Source: Psilocybe cubensis (Eukaryota). Taken from it: a stretch of 64,000 nt of DNA. The stretch spans positions 2,108,001 to 2,172,000 of the forward strand of contig CM038999.1 of NCBI GenBank assembly GCA_017499595.2, read 5' to 3'. The notes under the pieces were generated by a model. It had not been told where the DNA came from, did not search any database, and was given only the letters and a program-made list of their open reading frames with translations. Below are positions 1-12,391 of this stretch, one piece after another. The first letter of the stretch is position 1, and every line of letters begins with the position of its first letter. Position numbers and translations under genes: made by a program.

Positions 1-954
1 CTAGTAGCTGCCTACGTCCTAGATGAAGGGCTTCTATGTGTTCCCGGACAATATGGAAGAGTTTGTAATCCCGTCGAGCCAGATATTGGAACATAAGAGT
101 ATGCCATTCCCGCAAAGCCGAAGCAATTTCATCTATGATAGGCTGCTGTGCTCCTGAAGCAGTGTCATCGCCTGATTTTCGAGAAGGTCGGGGAGGTAGT
201 GGTTTCATGACATGAGAATCTGCCGGAGAAGAGGATCGAAGACTGGTAGGATAAACCGGTAAAGCTGCGCGCGAAGAATTGGCTTGATCGGGTGGTGGGC
301 CTAACTTGAACGATGTTCTGGACACATAGGCATCGGAATCATCTTCCTCCTCTCGCAAAGGCCCCATTCCTATGCTGGCCTTGTCCCTGTTCCAATTCCC
401 AAGAGCATCACCCGGGCTACCGCGTCCTTGAAAGCCTGACGAGCTACTGGCACTGTACCCCCCCTGTAAAGTACGAGCAAGGTCGGGTAACCTTCCCTCT
501 GCATCTGATAGCTCATCTCGAACGAAGATGTGCGAAGCCGGGAAAATTCCAATAAAAACTTGCTGAGTCTCTTCCACTTTGACCAAGGGTCTACTGAGTG
601 AAGTTGAGGAAGATGGATCAGAGAGAGACCAGGTTACAGGTGGTCGTCTCGTTGTGCATAGGACATATCTGGAGCTTCCTTAAGGAGAGTAGAATGAATT
701 CAGGCGAGTAAAACGCACCCTCGATACCAGATTCCCTCCACCTGATCTCTGGAAGAAGGGACGTATTTTTCGAATGCATAAACTTCGTCCCCAACTTCGA
801 GACTCACAACATCTTTCATGACAGAGTGGTCATCGCTCGAAGCCTCGGTCACTGTCGACAGTCGATTGCGGCTAGAGTGCCTGGTCTCTCGGCGAGACGG
901 ACTAAGGGGATGGACAGCATACCCATAAACAATTAGTGGCAAGGGCTCCCACAT
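1..954 (-). CDS. DOCK-family (Dock180-like) guanine nucleotide exchange factor, N-terminal SH3 region; 5' part only, runs off the window
   Basis: ATG at 954 (MWEPLPLIVYGYAVHPL..VSLEVGDEVYAFEKY..GIWYRG). After an intron the frame gives YVLCTTRRPP..QVFIGIFPASHI, the split SH3 typical of fungal DOCK N-termini. Confidence 0.75.
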
Positions 955-1274
955 TAGATAGAGCTAGATATGAAGGAGAGATAGCACCAAAGGGTGGTGC
1001 AAGCTGGAGGAAATGATATTGAGGGGCAAACGGCAGAACGGAGTAAAATATAGTTACCGAAGTGAAATAGCGTGCAATAGAGAAGAAATGTCGTCTAGCA
1101 GCTGCAAGATGGGTAATGTAGAAAATAACAAGGAGAGCGCTCACTGTGAGCGCAGTTCCTAAGCTGGTCAGGCTGTTAAGCGTGAATGGGAGAAGGGCGA
1201 CGAAAGCTGTTGCCTTGTTAGGAAGCGCATCATAACAAGTAACAAACTCAACACCCCGTTCATAACAAAGTCTA

Positions 1275-3062
1275 ATGGCTTCTCTTTCTGACCAAATTGA
1301 CCGTCTCACGCGAAATACCCGTTTGCTCAAAGAAACCGCTGCTCAAGTTGCCCCTGCTGAAGCCAAGCATGCTGTTATCTTCACAAATGCCGTTCTCAAC
1401 ACCCATCTGGGCGATTTGATCAGGGATATTGACCCCTCTGAACTTGGTCTCTTTCGCCTTGTGCAAAATGATACGAGCAATACTTACGACAAAGATTCGC
1501 GCTCTATAACGGAGCCACAAATTCGACGAACACAATTCGTGGGTGCGACGCCACTTCGGAAGAACCCTGCACGTCGCGAGGAGAGGTATGAAATTGAACC
1601 AGAGGTTTATGCCCATGCCGCGCTCAAGTACATCGAGCAGTAGTGTGTATCCTTTGTTACTCTATGTTTCTTCTTCTACTGAGGGACCGCACGCAGTGAG
1701 CCAATTCGGCCAATGCCTCGAGCCTACGATCAGATTGTAACGATCTTGAATAAAATCCACGACGTACGCGAACATATCAAGTCTCTCAATGCCACTCTTG
1801 AACAAGTACGCATCTGGTGTCGTGTTGATGGATTAATATGTCTTACACAGTGCATAGACTGTTGTCAGTAACAAACAACCTCCTCCGAAACTTCGTTTAG
1901 AACAGGAAGAACGGCGCATTCACGAATTAGAAGCTCGTATAGCAGAACTCAACAAAAAGGTCGTCTCATGATGCATAAACTCAAAAGGATATGCTTTGCT
2001 GACACACATTCCTTTGTCCAAAGCAGAAAGAACTTTCCACTGACATTAAGAAACCTAAAGCGCCTCGTCCCAAGAATGTTCCGAATTTAGCTGAAAAGGC
2101 TCTCCTTAACCCGCCCTCTGTATCTTCTCCACAGGAAGAGAAATTCTGGGCAACTCCAGGAGAACCTTCGCGCGTTCTTCGCTTCTCGGACAATCTACTA
2201 GATGAAGAAGTCAACCTTGGAGATGTTAGCACGGCCTCTTTTGGTAGCCCTGTAGTAGGCTCATCTCAACTCCGGCCTACAAAATTATTCGACGAAATTG
2301 ACGCCGCCATCAATACTCCTGTTGCTCAACCCAATCCTTTCTTTGACGAGGGGCCGACATATAAGGCACCTCCATCAATAGACTCGAATCCTCCAACGGA
2401 TCTGGTTCCCACTCAAGAGCCCCTTCCGCCTCCTTCATCCGATACTCCGCATGCCAAATCATCACCCACTCTCATTGCCAATGTGACAGAAACACCATCT
2501 GTTGGACAGAAGAAAGTCAAAGTCAACATTGAAGTTGAACGTATTGTGGTAAGTTCTTTGGATGTCGATTATGTTTATACCTCTAACAAGTGAACAATCA
2601 TACATAGTCCAAAATATGGTCTACTGTCGGTGACATTATTGGTGCACCTAGCGAATTGGAAAATGCGAGCTCGCCCTCTGTCAATGACACTGTGTTAGTA
2701 GGCTGTTTTCTGTTGTCCTTGAAGCATGTTGCTTATGTTTTTGAATCAGTGCTCATTTGCAACATCTTGCAACACAATTTCCGTCTCCTGATTCACCGAT
2801 AGCGTCGACTGCTTCATCGACTGCAGTGGAAGGGACCAATGGACCAACTGCCCAGCAAATCCAAATAGCGTATCTTATCACAATGTTGCTGGCTGCGACC
2901 CCCCATCATTCTATGCCATTGAATCAAGTCAAGGAAAACTTGGATGTTAAGGCTAAAGCAATGGGACAGGGCCCGACACGAGTACTTTTTGGTTGTGTTG
3001 CCAAAAGACTGCTCAAGATAGAACGCGGAAGACGAGAGCAGATCGTCAAATTCGATATCTGA
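1275..3062 (+). CDS. SPC34: DASH/Dam1 complex subunit Spc34-like protein with long C-terminal extension (multi-exon)
   Basis: N-terminal L.DQIDRL..IFTNAVL..LGDLIRDIDPSELGLF resembles the Spc34 FTNALL..LIRD..E..LF motif. Coiled-coil exons follow, and the last exon (ORF 2757..3062) ends in TGA. Confidence 0.6.
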
Positions 3063-3150
3063 CTCTTTGGGGGGAGCGTAGCTTCGATTGCAATCATTCG
3101 TTTGAATATTAGGGTATATTCATTCCCGCAGTGCAGTACATCCAGGGTAT

Positions 3151-4354
3151 CTATCGTCTATTTATACCCACACAGATGTTCAGCCAACCATCAGCACCAG
3201 CCATACATGATCCCAACCACGCTAGTTCCGCCTCTGGCGGAGATATGACCCCTTGTATCAGTGCATAGGCAAGTTCTGGTACATCAGGAGCTTGAGGGTT
3301 CGGGTTTGAACGAGATGGCGGAGGTGGAGGAGGTCGCGGAGGGAACAATAGAGCGAAATGATTAGAAAAGAAATGAGAAAGTGTATGTGGCGTCCCTGTA
3401 TCGATTGGGCGTTCAGTAGAAATACATTGCAAAACATCTTGCCAAAATCGTTTACCATCTTCAAGTAATGGAGGAGCCAATTCCTGAAGCACAGGACCGT
3501 CTGGTAGATATATTCTGACGGGCACGCTTCGTATACTGTAGGCACCGTCGCGCTCAGGGGTGCTGACGGTATCTGCGGACAAAGGTCGTGATAGGGACGA
3601 CCCAACTGGTGGCGGTGAGGTTGACCGTAAAGGTGACCCAGCAAATGGCATTAATTTAGAGGCTACCCGCCAGTAATCGTCAAAACTATCTATAAAATCA
3701 ATGAGACTCATAAATCCTCCTGTTTCTCCAAATTGTAAGTGCTCACGCTCCCGGATGCCTTCCCATAAGCCATCCTGATCGGCCTTACGGAGAGAGGTCA
3801 TTCGCCTAGTGTTTCCCCACCTGATAAAATCTGCTTCCTTCAGTTGATTCATGAATGCCTGCTTGCAGGCGTCTATTGTCGGCGAAAGGAAGAGTTTATC
3901 GTTTGGTGGAGCTGCCAGATGCAGGATCAACCGCATTGGGCAAGGAGTTGACGTCGAGGGCATGGGAGAAGAGCGAATGGATGCGCTTATCGTGTGGTTG
4001 TCGTATATGACACCAATAGGCCAATGCCTGAACGAAAGGTCGTTACATCAGATACAAAGTACGAAAGCAGATCAAAACAGACCATTTCAGCAAGGTGCCT
4101 TCTTCGCTTTCGAACCACCATTCTTCATCTTTCAAGCCCTTGGCGGCTATTTCGTCAAACACGACATCCATAAGGAATTTGCGAATTTCTGGGACTATAA
4201 GTGGAAGATAGCTGACTCTGGGAGCTTGGACATAGTAGCACTCAAGACCACGATTTGAATTAGCGGGGAGCTCCTTGGGATCGACGCGGATTTCCAGCGG
4301 GACAGTGCCCTCCCATGTAAGCCTACGAAAGAGAGTTGTGTTATAATCTGTCAT
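3151..4354 (-). CDS. ATG5: Autophagy protein 5
   Basis: MTDYNTTLFRRLTWEGTVPLEI..YYVQAPRVSYLPL..LLKWHWPIG(spliced)..FMNQLKEADF..SVPVRIYL..GADGWLNICV; 3 introns. Confidence 0.95.
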
Positions 4355-4666
4355 TCCAGAACTGTCCTTTAGAGAAGCTTCCGCCTGGGATGGGTGTTGT
4401 AGGACGAACACAACAGCCAAAATTGGCTCACAGTCCGGGCAGCCTAATTCTCTGTGACGATCAGTCACAGTGCATGTGATCGCGGCACGGCGCAAAAGTC
4501 ACATGGCCTGTCGCGTTAAGTGTTGAATTGGTTCTGGGCTTTGCCAACGACTGTCTCCGCCATACTCATCCTCTCATCCTACTTGAGTCTATGCGCTTGT
4601 CCTCGTAGAATCTGCCGTATTATTCGCTGCTCACCTAACTTTTTGGATTCATTTCTCTCAATTCTA

Positions 4667-6579
4667 ATGGCTACATCACTACCCGCCCGACGACCCCTTG
4701 CCAATCGTTCCGTGCAAGGCACCTCCAACCCCTCTCCAATTAAACAAACTAGGTCTGTTTCTGGATCTAAACGCCCTCATTCTCCTGACCGTGGCGACTC
4801 CAACGCGAATCCCATCGCGAAACGCGTGCGTGGCACCGCCACAAATGAACCCACCGCCTCGCATGAAAGTCGCGCGACAGAGAAAACGAAGAGAGAGAAG
4901 GAGAAGGCTGCTCAGCGAATGGAAATGGATCTCGAATTCAAGGACAAGTATTCGCGCGCTTTTCCAGGATTTAGATTTTATTTTGACGCTGAAAACATCA
5001 CAACGAGCACTGCCAACCTCAAGGCAATGATTTCTCGTGCTGGTGGTGTGCGTGTTTTTTTTTATCTGGCTTTAGCAATCTACTGATTGAGAGCTCAGAT
5101 AACCGACCCGTTCTTCTCATCCTCTATAACCCATGTCATTGCAGACAAACAGAACACAATCTCTGATAAAGAAAATGTCAAGGCCAAAAGCATTCAAAGC
5201 ACGCTCAAAAGCCCTATTAAACTGTTAGGACGGTAATACTGCTCTCACCAAAGCATAATAAAAATAAATTAATCCTGATGATGTTTCAGTGGCAGTGAAG
5301 CATGTAGTGTTGTTGAGAAAGCTCGCGAATATGGCCTTAAAGTTTGGTCTACAGCAAAATTGGAAAGCGTCTTGGATCGGACCCTCAATTCACCAGTACC
5401 TTATAAACAGATTCCTAGTCTCCGCCAGGCTCCTATACCCCAACAGCCCCCCCAACAACGACTTCAGCGACTTCTTGCAAAAGAAAAGACCGACGGTAAC
5501 CTAGACCGCGATCCTTCCCAGAAAAGGCATGATTATCATTACTTTGCACGTGGTTCGTGTTTTGTCCTTCTGGAGGATATTCGTGGCGAATTGGCGACTA
5601 TTGCGGCCCATGAATATCCCCCCTATAAAGAACGCGATAAAAATGCGAAGAAACCTTGGCCGGTTCTGCATTGTCATCCTTTGGCCAGGAACCCTTTCAT
5701 ACCTTTTGACGAGAAAGAAAGGAGGCGATGGGAACGATTACAAAAAGCCGAGCTGGACCAGGAAGAAGAACGTTTGGCAAGAAAGAAGAGAGAGCTTGAG
5801 ACCATGAAGCGCAAAGCCGAGGCATATACTCATGGTAAAGGAACCAAGGACCTCAGGCGCTCGGTTTCCGTGAGCAATCTTGTTCGACGCCATTCTGTAG
5901 GGGGAGGCCTTAATGGTACTGGAGCAATTGACCTGGACGCTGATTACGATGATCTGAAGTCCGCCAATGCCTCCGGATATATTGCCGCTTCGGGTAATAG
6001 TGTTGGTATTACATCTACTACTGGGACTACCTCGACATCTGGACGCTTGGGTCGAAATGTTCCCCTTTCGAATTCGCTAACGCAAAGTTTGCAACAACAT
6101 GTTGTGACTTCGCGAAAACCACCATCGAAGGTTAAAGCTGATGATATTGAAACACCTGGGGTAATGGGTCCACCCATACAATTGCCTATCAGGCAACCCA
6201 TTCTCAAGAAGAGCAAAAGCACGAACACGCTGAAACTTCCAAAACGCGAAGAGGGCGTCAAGCCGGGTTACTGTGAAAGTTGCCGGATGAAGTTTGATGA
6301 CTTCAGCACTGTGCGTATACTATATATAAATAGATAACCGAATTTATTAATCATTGATTTTCGCAGCATGTGGAATCCAAGAGGCATAGAAAATTTGCTG
6401 AGAATGATGATAACTTTTTCGCTCTTGACCAAGTCATACAGCGGGTACAGCGACAGAAACTTGACGAGATTGAGGAAGAAAAGTACGACCGGGACTCGGC
6501 TTTCTTCTATGATTGCAAACTCAAGAACCGCAAACATCATATTTATGCCAGTCCTGATCGTGTATCGGCTTTTCAGTAA
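4667..6579 (+). CDS. DBF4: Cdc7 regulatory subunit Dbf4/Dfp1 (BRCT-like N motif, M motif, DBF zinc finger)
   Basis: FPGFRFYFD motif-N, RHDYHYF..LLEDIRGELATIAAHEY motif-M, and PGYCESCRMKFDDFST|HVESKRHRKFA zinc finger. Confidence 0.9.
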
Positions 6580-6742
6580 ACGATGTACTTCTTTATAGTC
6601 TCCCTCATTCAACCTAATTACCAGGAAAAGCCTTCTGTACTCAATTATGACGCTACAGTCTGTATGTATGTATTGCGATACCTGCAAAATGATCAATTCA
6701 TTCACATGTCATTATGCAACTTCAGATAGTTGAGACCGCGCT

Positions 6743-8012
6743 TCAAAGAATTGTTACGGTGAGTAGGGTTACGACACCATCAATGGCGATGCCTAGTTGT
6801 AGTGTGATAAATGATAGAAATTGATGTCCATTGTCATATTCCCTCACCGTGATTGATACTATTAATTTCACAGAATTAGGTCAGCTATCGTTATTTTTTG
6901 TGATTTAACTTGATCTCCTTACCCTGCGCTTCCTTCAGGAAGAAGACCTGTGATGTTAACACCATCGGTGAAATAAGTTATTCCGCCGAAACTGGTTGTC
7001 CCGAGTGCATCCTGTACCAAACTGTCACGGCCTAAAAAACAGAATATCATCAACATTATCCTACAGAAGCAAAGCAAATACCGATGTTGTATCCATCAGG
7101 TACAATAGTATGACCCTCCTCTACATTCTGGAGTAACAAAGGGGGTGAACAGGGTAAGGATTACTTTCTCAGTGTCTCTCCTCAGATTACTTGCCTCTTC
7201 TTTTGATACGCTGCATTATCAATGGTCAAATTAAGATTTTGATCCCAAACTCTGCAACGAATCTCAGCTTACGCAAGGAATAGGGCGCCACTGTTCGCTA
7301 AAGGTCCATCCTGTCGAAAAACTCTGCACATAGATTGATCATATACAAGTATCGATAGTCCACATAGTCAACCACACACCTGAAGTGGTTTCCACCAATT
7401 AAGCTCTCTAAACAGGTTCCAACATCTGGGTCACCAAAATCCTGGCGAAGTTCCATCTTTAAATAAGAAAAAGTAAGCCAATGGAAATGATTTGGGAAGA
7501 ATCTGGTATAGTACTGTTTGATTGACTGCACCGTTGCCATCTCCAAGATTTGCTGATTGTGGGTCTCCTAGATGTACCCCAAAACATTCTTGAGAGCTAA
7601 GTTAGTTTTGTCAGAATATACAACCCCTTTGCGAGGCAGGAAATTCATACAATCCAATCGCCTTTGCAAAATTGAGGATACCATCGTCTGTGAGGACCTG
7701 AGGAGAACTCAACCCAGATATAATGACCTTAAGAGAGAAAAATTTAACACAAAAATTCAGCCGATTAATCTGCTTCGCAAACACTAACATTTAATGGTTC
7801 GCCAACTCCAGGTCCAGCTAACAGCAAAGGACATAAGCATTGCAGATTTTAAGCAAACAGGCTAAAAGAAAATCACCGTTATCCAGCAAGCTTCCCCCGT
7901 TCGGTATTGGGTTGAAGAAATCTACACCTGAACGAATATTGTGACAATCTCCAATATAGCAGTAAAAATATAGGATAGCGCTTGCAAGCAAACCCTTCAA
8001 GATAGAAGTCAT
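6743..8012 (-). CDS. Conserved-looking secreted fungal protein of unknown function (many short exons)
   Basis: Hydrophobic N-terminus MTSILKGLLASAILYF. Spliced exons give GGSLLDN..GEPLNVIISGLSSPQVLTDDG..ELRQDFGDPDVGTCLESLIGGNHFRVFRQ..HTIVPDGYNIGRD..GIAIDGVVTLLTVTIL*. Confidence 0.75.
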
Positions 8013-9093
8013 CGTGGCCCAAGACTCTCGGGTGGAAGTACTGGCAAATTAGAAACACCTGCAATGTTATATCAAGAACTCGACGAAACTCATGGGACTT
8101 CTGTAGGTAAGAAGGTAGGCACAACTCATAACATAACAATCACGTTCATGGGTGATATGGAACGTTCGCTGAGCCAGAATAGAGATTCGCATGTCCCACA
8201 TAGCTGGCGCTCAGCGACGGAGAATGTTTATATTTATCCAAATCAGTTCATGAGCGGAGGAATAAAAATAGTAACAAAGAAAGCACCAGCATGAGAGTCT
8301 TCTAAATCCACAGAATAACTTTCTTCATTAGTCTCGAAACGTGCGCCATTGTGTTCAGTTGGTAGCATGCGGTCCAAAGGAATCTTTGCAAGTATGATAG
8401 CTTGAAAGTCCACAGGGGGCTAAAGCATGCAAGTGGATGAAAGGCTTCCCAGACAAGATCGGTGGCATTGACAGACTGCACCTCCAAAAAAGCGAAGTAC
8501 AATCATTCTTGTCATGAGACGCAACAAGGGTCATGGGTGCGAGCGGAAGTCGGTGGTTTACAAAACGAGCTCTCTTCCACATCATCAGAGCACGACCAAT
8601 TCAGCTGGCCTGTACATGAAGAGAACTGGATGAAAGGTGTCAGCTGGGAGTAGTTAGCCGTGCTTTCTCCGGGGCGCGGTCGCGATATTCCAACTCAGTA
8701 TTGTAGAGACCTTTTAACTTGTGGAGGTTTGTGTGTAGATATGGTCGGCGATTTCCGATGTCTCGCTGAACCACGTTACCTATATATGGTCTTCTCATGT
8801 TTCAGATATGAATCAACGAAACATATAGGCAATTGACAGTCAAAGTTAGGAGCGCGTAGGCTGTGAAGGCACCTCTTGGATGATTTGATCATCAAAGTAC
8901 TAGTGCTTTTTGCCGACATACTCAACAATAGTTGGTCCTGCTTGTACCAACAAAAGGAAACGGGTACCATTCTTCAATTGTTACCCAGTAAACGCTAAAT
9001 CCAGCGTCCAAAGAGTCACGTCACGTCTGAATCGCATTCTTCAAGTGTGGACCAATTTCGTTGGTCATTGCGTGTTGTTCAGTGTTGAGGACC

Positions 9094-10743
9094 ATGGCAT
9101 CGCTCTCTCCAACCTCTCCAATGGCCCTGCAATCTCAAACTCCAGACCTTGTCGAAGACATCAGCGATGATGGCCAATTGACTATACGTATCCCAAACCC
9201 TAAAGTATATATGGCACGCCAATCAAAATGGGTAGGTCGCAGAGGCAAACCTCGATGCGACAACTGTCGGATAGGAAATTTGAAGGTCAGCCAGTAATTT
9301 GGATTCGTTCATGGCGTGTTTCTATTTTCTCAGCCTTTTTTAGTGCGACCGTGTTTTGCCAATGTGTAATCATTGTACTTGGGCAGATCAACCTGAATGC
9401 TTTTACACACCCATGCCAACTCCCGCTCATCGTGGTATTCCTCGATGTGATCGCTGCCGTGCTAACAACATGAAAGTAAGTAAGATCAAAGTATTTCGTT
9501 CATATTTTTTTTGTACTCATGTCGCCCAGTGTGATCGGAACTTGCCTGTGTGCAATAACTGTGAAAGGGAGGCTGGAGGAACCGCATGTAACTACACGCC
9601 CAAGAAAAGGCACAAACAGCCCGCTACCGAAGAGGATCCCGTAAAGGCTTCTCTGAGAATGGGCCAAAGTATTATGTCACAAAAAAACGAACATCCTTTG
9701 CCTGTCAATACCGATCCGACGCATACGCCACTTGAGACCGATCATCTCAGCAGCCACACATTTTATGGGCGAAATATTGGCATTGACATTCCTGGGGGCA
9801 TAGTCGTATCGCCTACTCACTCCGAGTCTGAATATCTATCTGATGCAGATTCTGGCCAAGCTGGACGGTTTACCGCAGATTACTCCAGGGACAATAGTTC
9901 GACAAACTTTTCTGCTTATTCATCAGAAGTCGTCCAAAGACCGCCTATTCTTGCTCCGACTCCATTGGAATTCATTCCTCATTCCTTCCCTCTATCTCAA
10001 GACCTCAAAAATACTTCCACCATTGATCCTTGGCTACATCATTCTTTTATCTCTCTCCCCGCATATGTCTGCAAACGACTTCGCCGACTAAGAACAGTAG
10101 ATTTCCCGAACCGTCGGGACTTTGACACGTCCTTGCTTGATTTTCAAAATGGCATGATGGATGAATTGAGAGAGATTATTTGTTTCCCTTCAGACGCCTA
10201 CACCAAACTGGCATCTTGTCTTGCAAGTGGTGACCTTTCAACACTTTCGGACCGTGTGCGATCTTGGGCCTCAACACAAAGGCTCTCCTCTGTCACTGAA
10301 AAATATTATCTCATCTTGACTCCTCGCGACTCCGACTACACTGATGATTGTGGTCCGTCGGAAAATGATAAGCGACAATTTGTCACTGATCTCCTAAGCA
10401 CCAAGTCGGACTTGGAATATGTTCAGGTAATCTTTTTTATTTCTAGTTGGAAGGTTTATTTGACAGTTTTCAGGCGTATGGCTTTGACAGAATACCAGTA
10501 CGACAACAAATATACGACATTCTAACTTATGCGCACAGGTCTCATTTGTCCTCGCGTCAGATGCTTTCTGAAGTGAGGAACCTCAGAATCGTGAGCTTAG
10601 TTTTGTAGCATCTGTCCTATTTTCTCACCCTTGTTTGTAATCCACAGGCCTTCATCACTTGGACAATGGCGGAAATATATGTCAGAATGTGCCCTACATG
10701 CAAGCTCCGTGAAGAGGAGCTTTCATCGTCGTTAGACTCATAA
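9094..10743 (+). CDS. Transcription factor with two tandem Zn(II)2Cys6 clusters and a C-terminal HHCC (integrase-type) zinc-binding module
   Basis: Spliced CDNCRIGNLK|CDRVLPMCNHC..C and CDRCRANNMK|CDRNLPVCNNC..C. The last two exons give ILTYAHRSH..YVRMCPTC; stop TAA at 10741-10743. Confidence 0.85.
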
Positions 10744-11055
10744 AATACTGACCTTTTCCGACTGTGGCCTCAAGGCATTTTTTTGATATATCATTATTAT
10801 ATTTATATCACGATTCCCTCCCTGGTTGTCTTTTGATGCCCTTCATTCGCTCCAATCTACTTTAATCATCAGTATATAGCAGCCATACTTGTAGTCACTT
10901 AATAAACTATACAATGAGGATAGATATCAAAATACATCGTTCAACGTACAGACCCTTGGTCGTAGACGAGCAATTATATAAGCAAACTAACAAACAGTTT
11001 CTTCTACTTATCTTATCGTACAAGTCAACACAAAGTACATACACAACAAATCATT

Positions 11056-12380
11056 TCATTTTAATTCGAAGCTAGCAAACGCAAGGTCGTACCCTCCGAA
11101 TTCGTAGTTAATCTTGTCAGTTCTCTTGTATAATTTTTTAGATCCACCGCTGTTAGAGACCCTCGGACTTTCTGCGAGCGCTATTTTGAAGGCGCGTTGC
11201 GCGGCTTCGACAGCAGACTCTCCTCCTGTGTCATTATCCTCACTTGATATAAATAGTGTGAGAGTGATTCTACCAGGTTCGAAGATATTGACGACACGTT
11301 TAATGAGCGACTTGAGATCCGGGATTTTGGCTTGATGTGATATTTTTGAAGTGGAGAGAGGGACGTTGCACTCAAAGCTGGCATACGACCATCCTTCTTC
11401 CGGAGTAACATGGATGGTGTAGTACCCTTCGCCAAAATGCCCTGCTGTGCGTGCACCATGTTCAAAATTGTCTTGTAATGATTCGTGACCCCATTTGATG
11501 AGTGCGTTGGAGGAATAACCGCAGGGCTGAAATGCATACGCATCGAGATGGGTCAGGGAGGGTGGAAAGATGGCAGTTATTCCAAGTTTGTCAGAGAGAT
11601 CAGCCGCCAATGCCGCAGGAGATGGACCGGGCTCATCGGCAGACGTTTCGGAGAAAAAGAAAGGTTGCCGAGCTTTTGTTGAGAGGTCGCTCATTAATAT
11701 CTCAATGGTATAATCGATATGACGATCTTCAAACTCCATGTGATGGGTAATAGAAGGACTGAGGTCGGTGGAGAGTGCTTCTGCACCTGTAAGGTATAGG
11801 AGCCAGTGATCGCCGTTCACCTTGCCGATGGTATAGGCCGCACCGTTGCTGAAAATCTGGTCCAGAAATTCGACCTCTTGTTTCCAGTCACGGTGGGGAC
11901 CCATCTGACGTTCCGGAAACATGAACGATTTACGAGAATAGAAAAATCGATAAACGGTGGATAAATTCGCTTCTCTGGCGGCTATTTCAAGTATACGTGG
12001 CAGCCCCAGAAGGTTCAAGGTGGTACCACAAGTTTTGAGGATGAGACGGTGGGGAGAGACGAAGAAAGACGATTCACTGGATGACCGCCCAGATAGCACA
12101 ATGAACAGGGTAAATAATAACATATGAGCACCATGACGGACCTTAAAAGGTAGGCATCCATTTCATCGCCTTCGATGGTGCTCAAAACCTTGCATTTTAC
12201 GATGTCCAACATGTCTTCCCATGTTTGGCGACTGACGGTGCGGAGGCCGGTCTTTTTACCTCGAGCTTTGTCAAGAATTGGCACTTTTGTAGCTGATGGT
12301 GCAAACCATATTTCAAGAAGCTTTTCGGGGCCTTCAAAGGGAGCCGACGCTTGATAATCGTCGATTGTATCTGGTGACAT
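11056..12380 (-). CDS. SPE2: S-adenosylmethionine decarboxylase proenzyme
   Basis: FEGPEKLLEIWF; YLLS|ESS cleavage site across intron 12141..12077; LKTCGTT; FQPCGYSSN; TIHVTPE..SYASFE. Confidence 0.97.
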
Positions 12381-12391
12381 GAGTGAATTAT

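Noticed and set aside
8801..8895. Possible C/D snoRNA (TGATGA...CTGA on the minus strand)
   Set aside because: Imperfect C box, no terminal stem, and no rRNA-complementary guide I could recognise.
10474..10743. Active retrotransposon at the HHCC motif
   Set aside because: No gag, RT, RNase H, DDE core, LTRs or TSD; the motif is intron-split inside a host gene.
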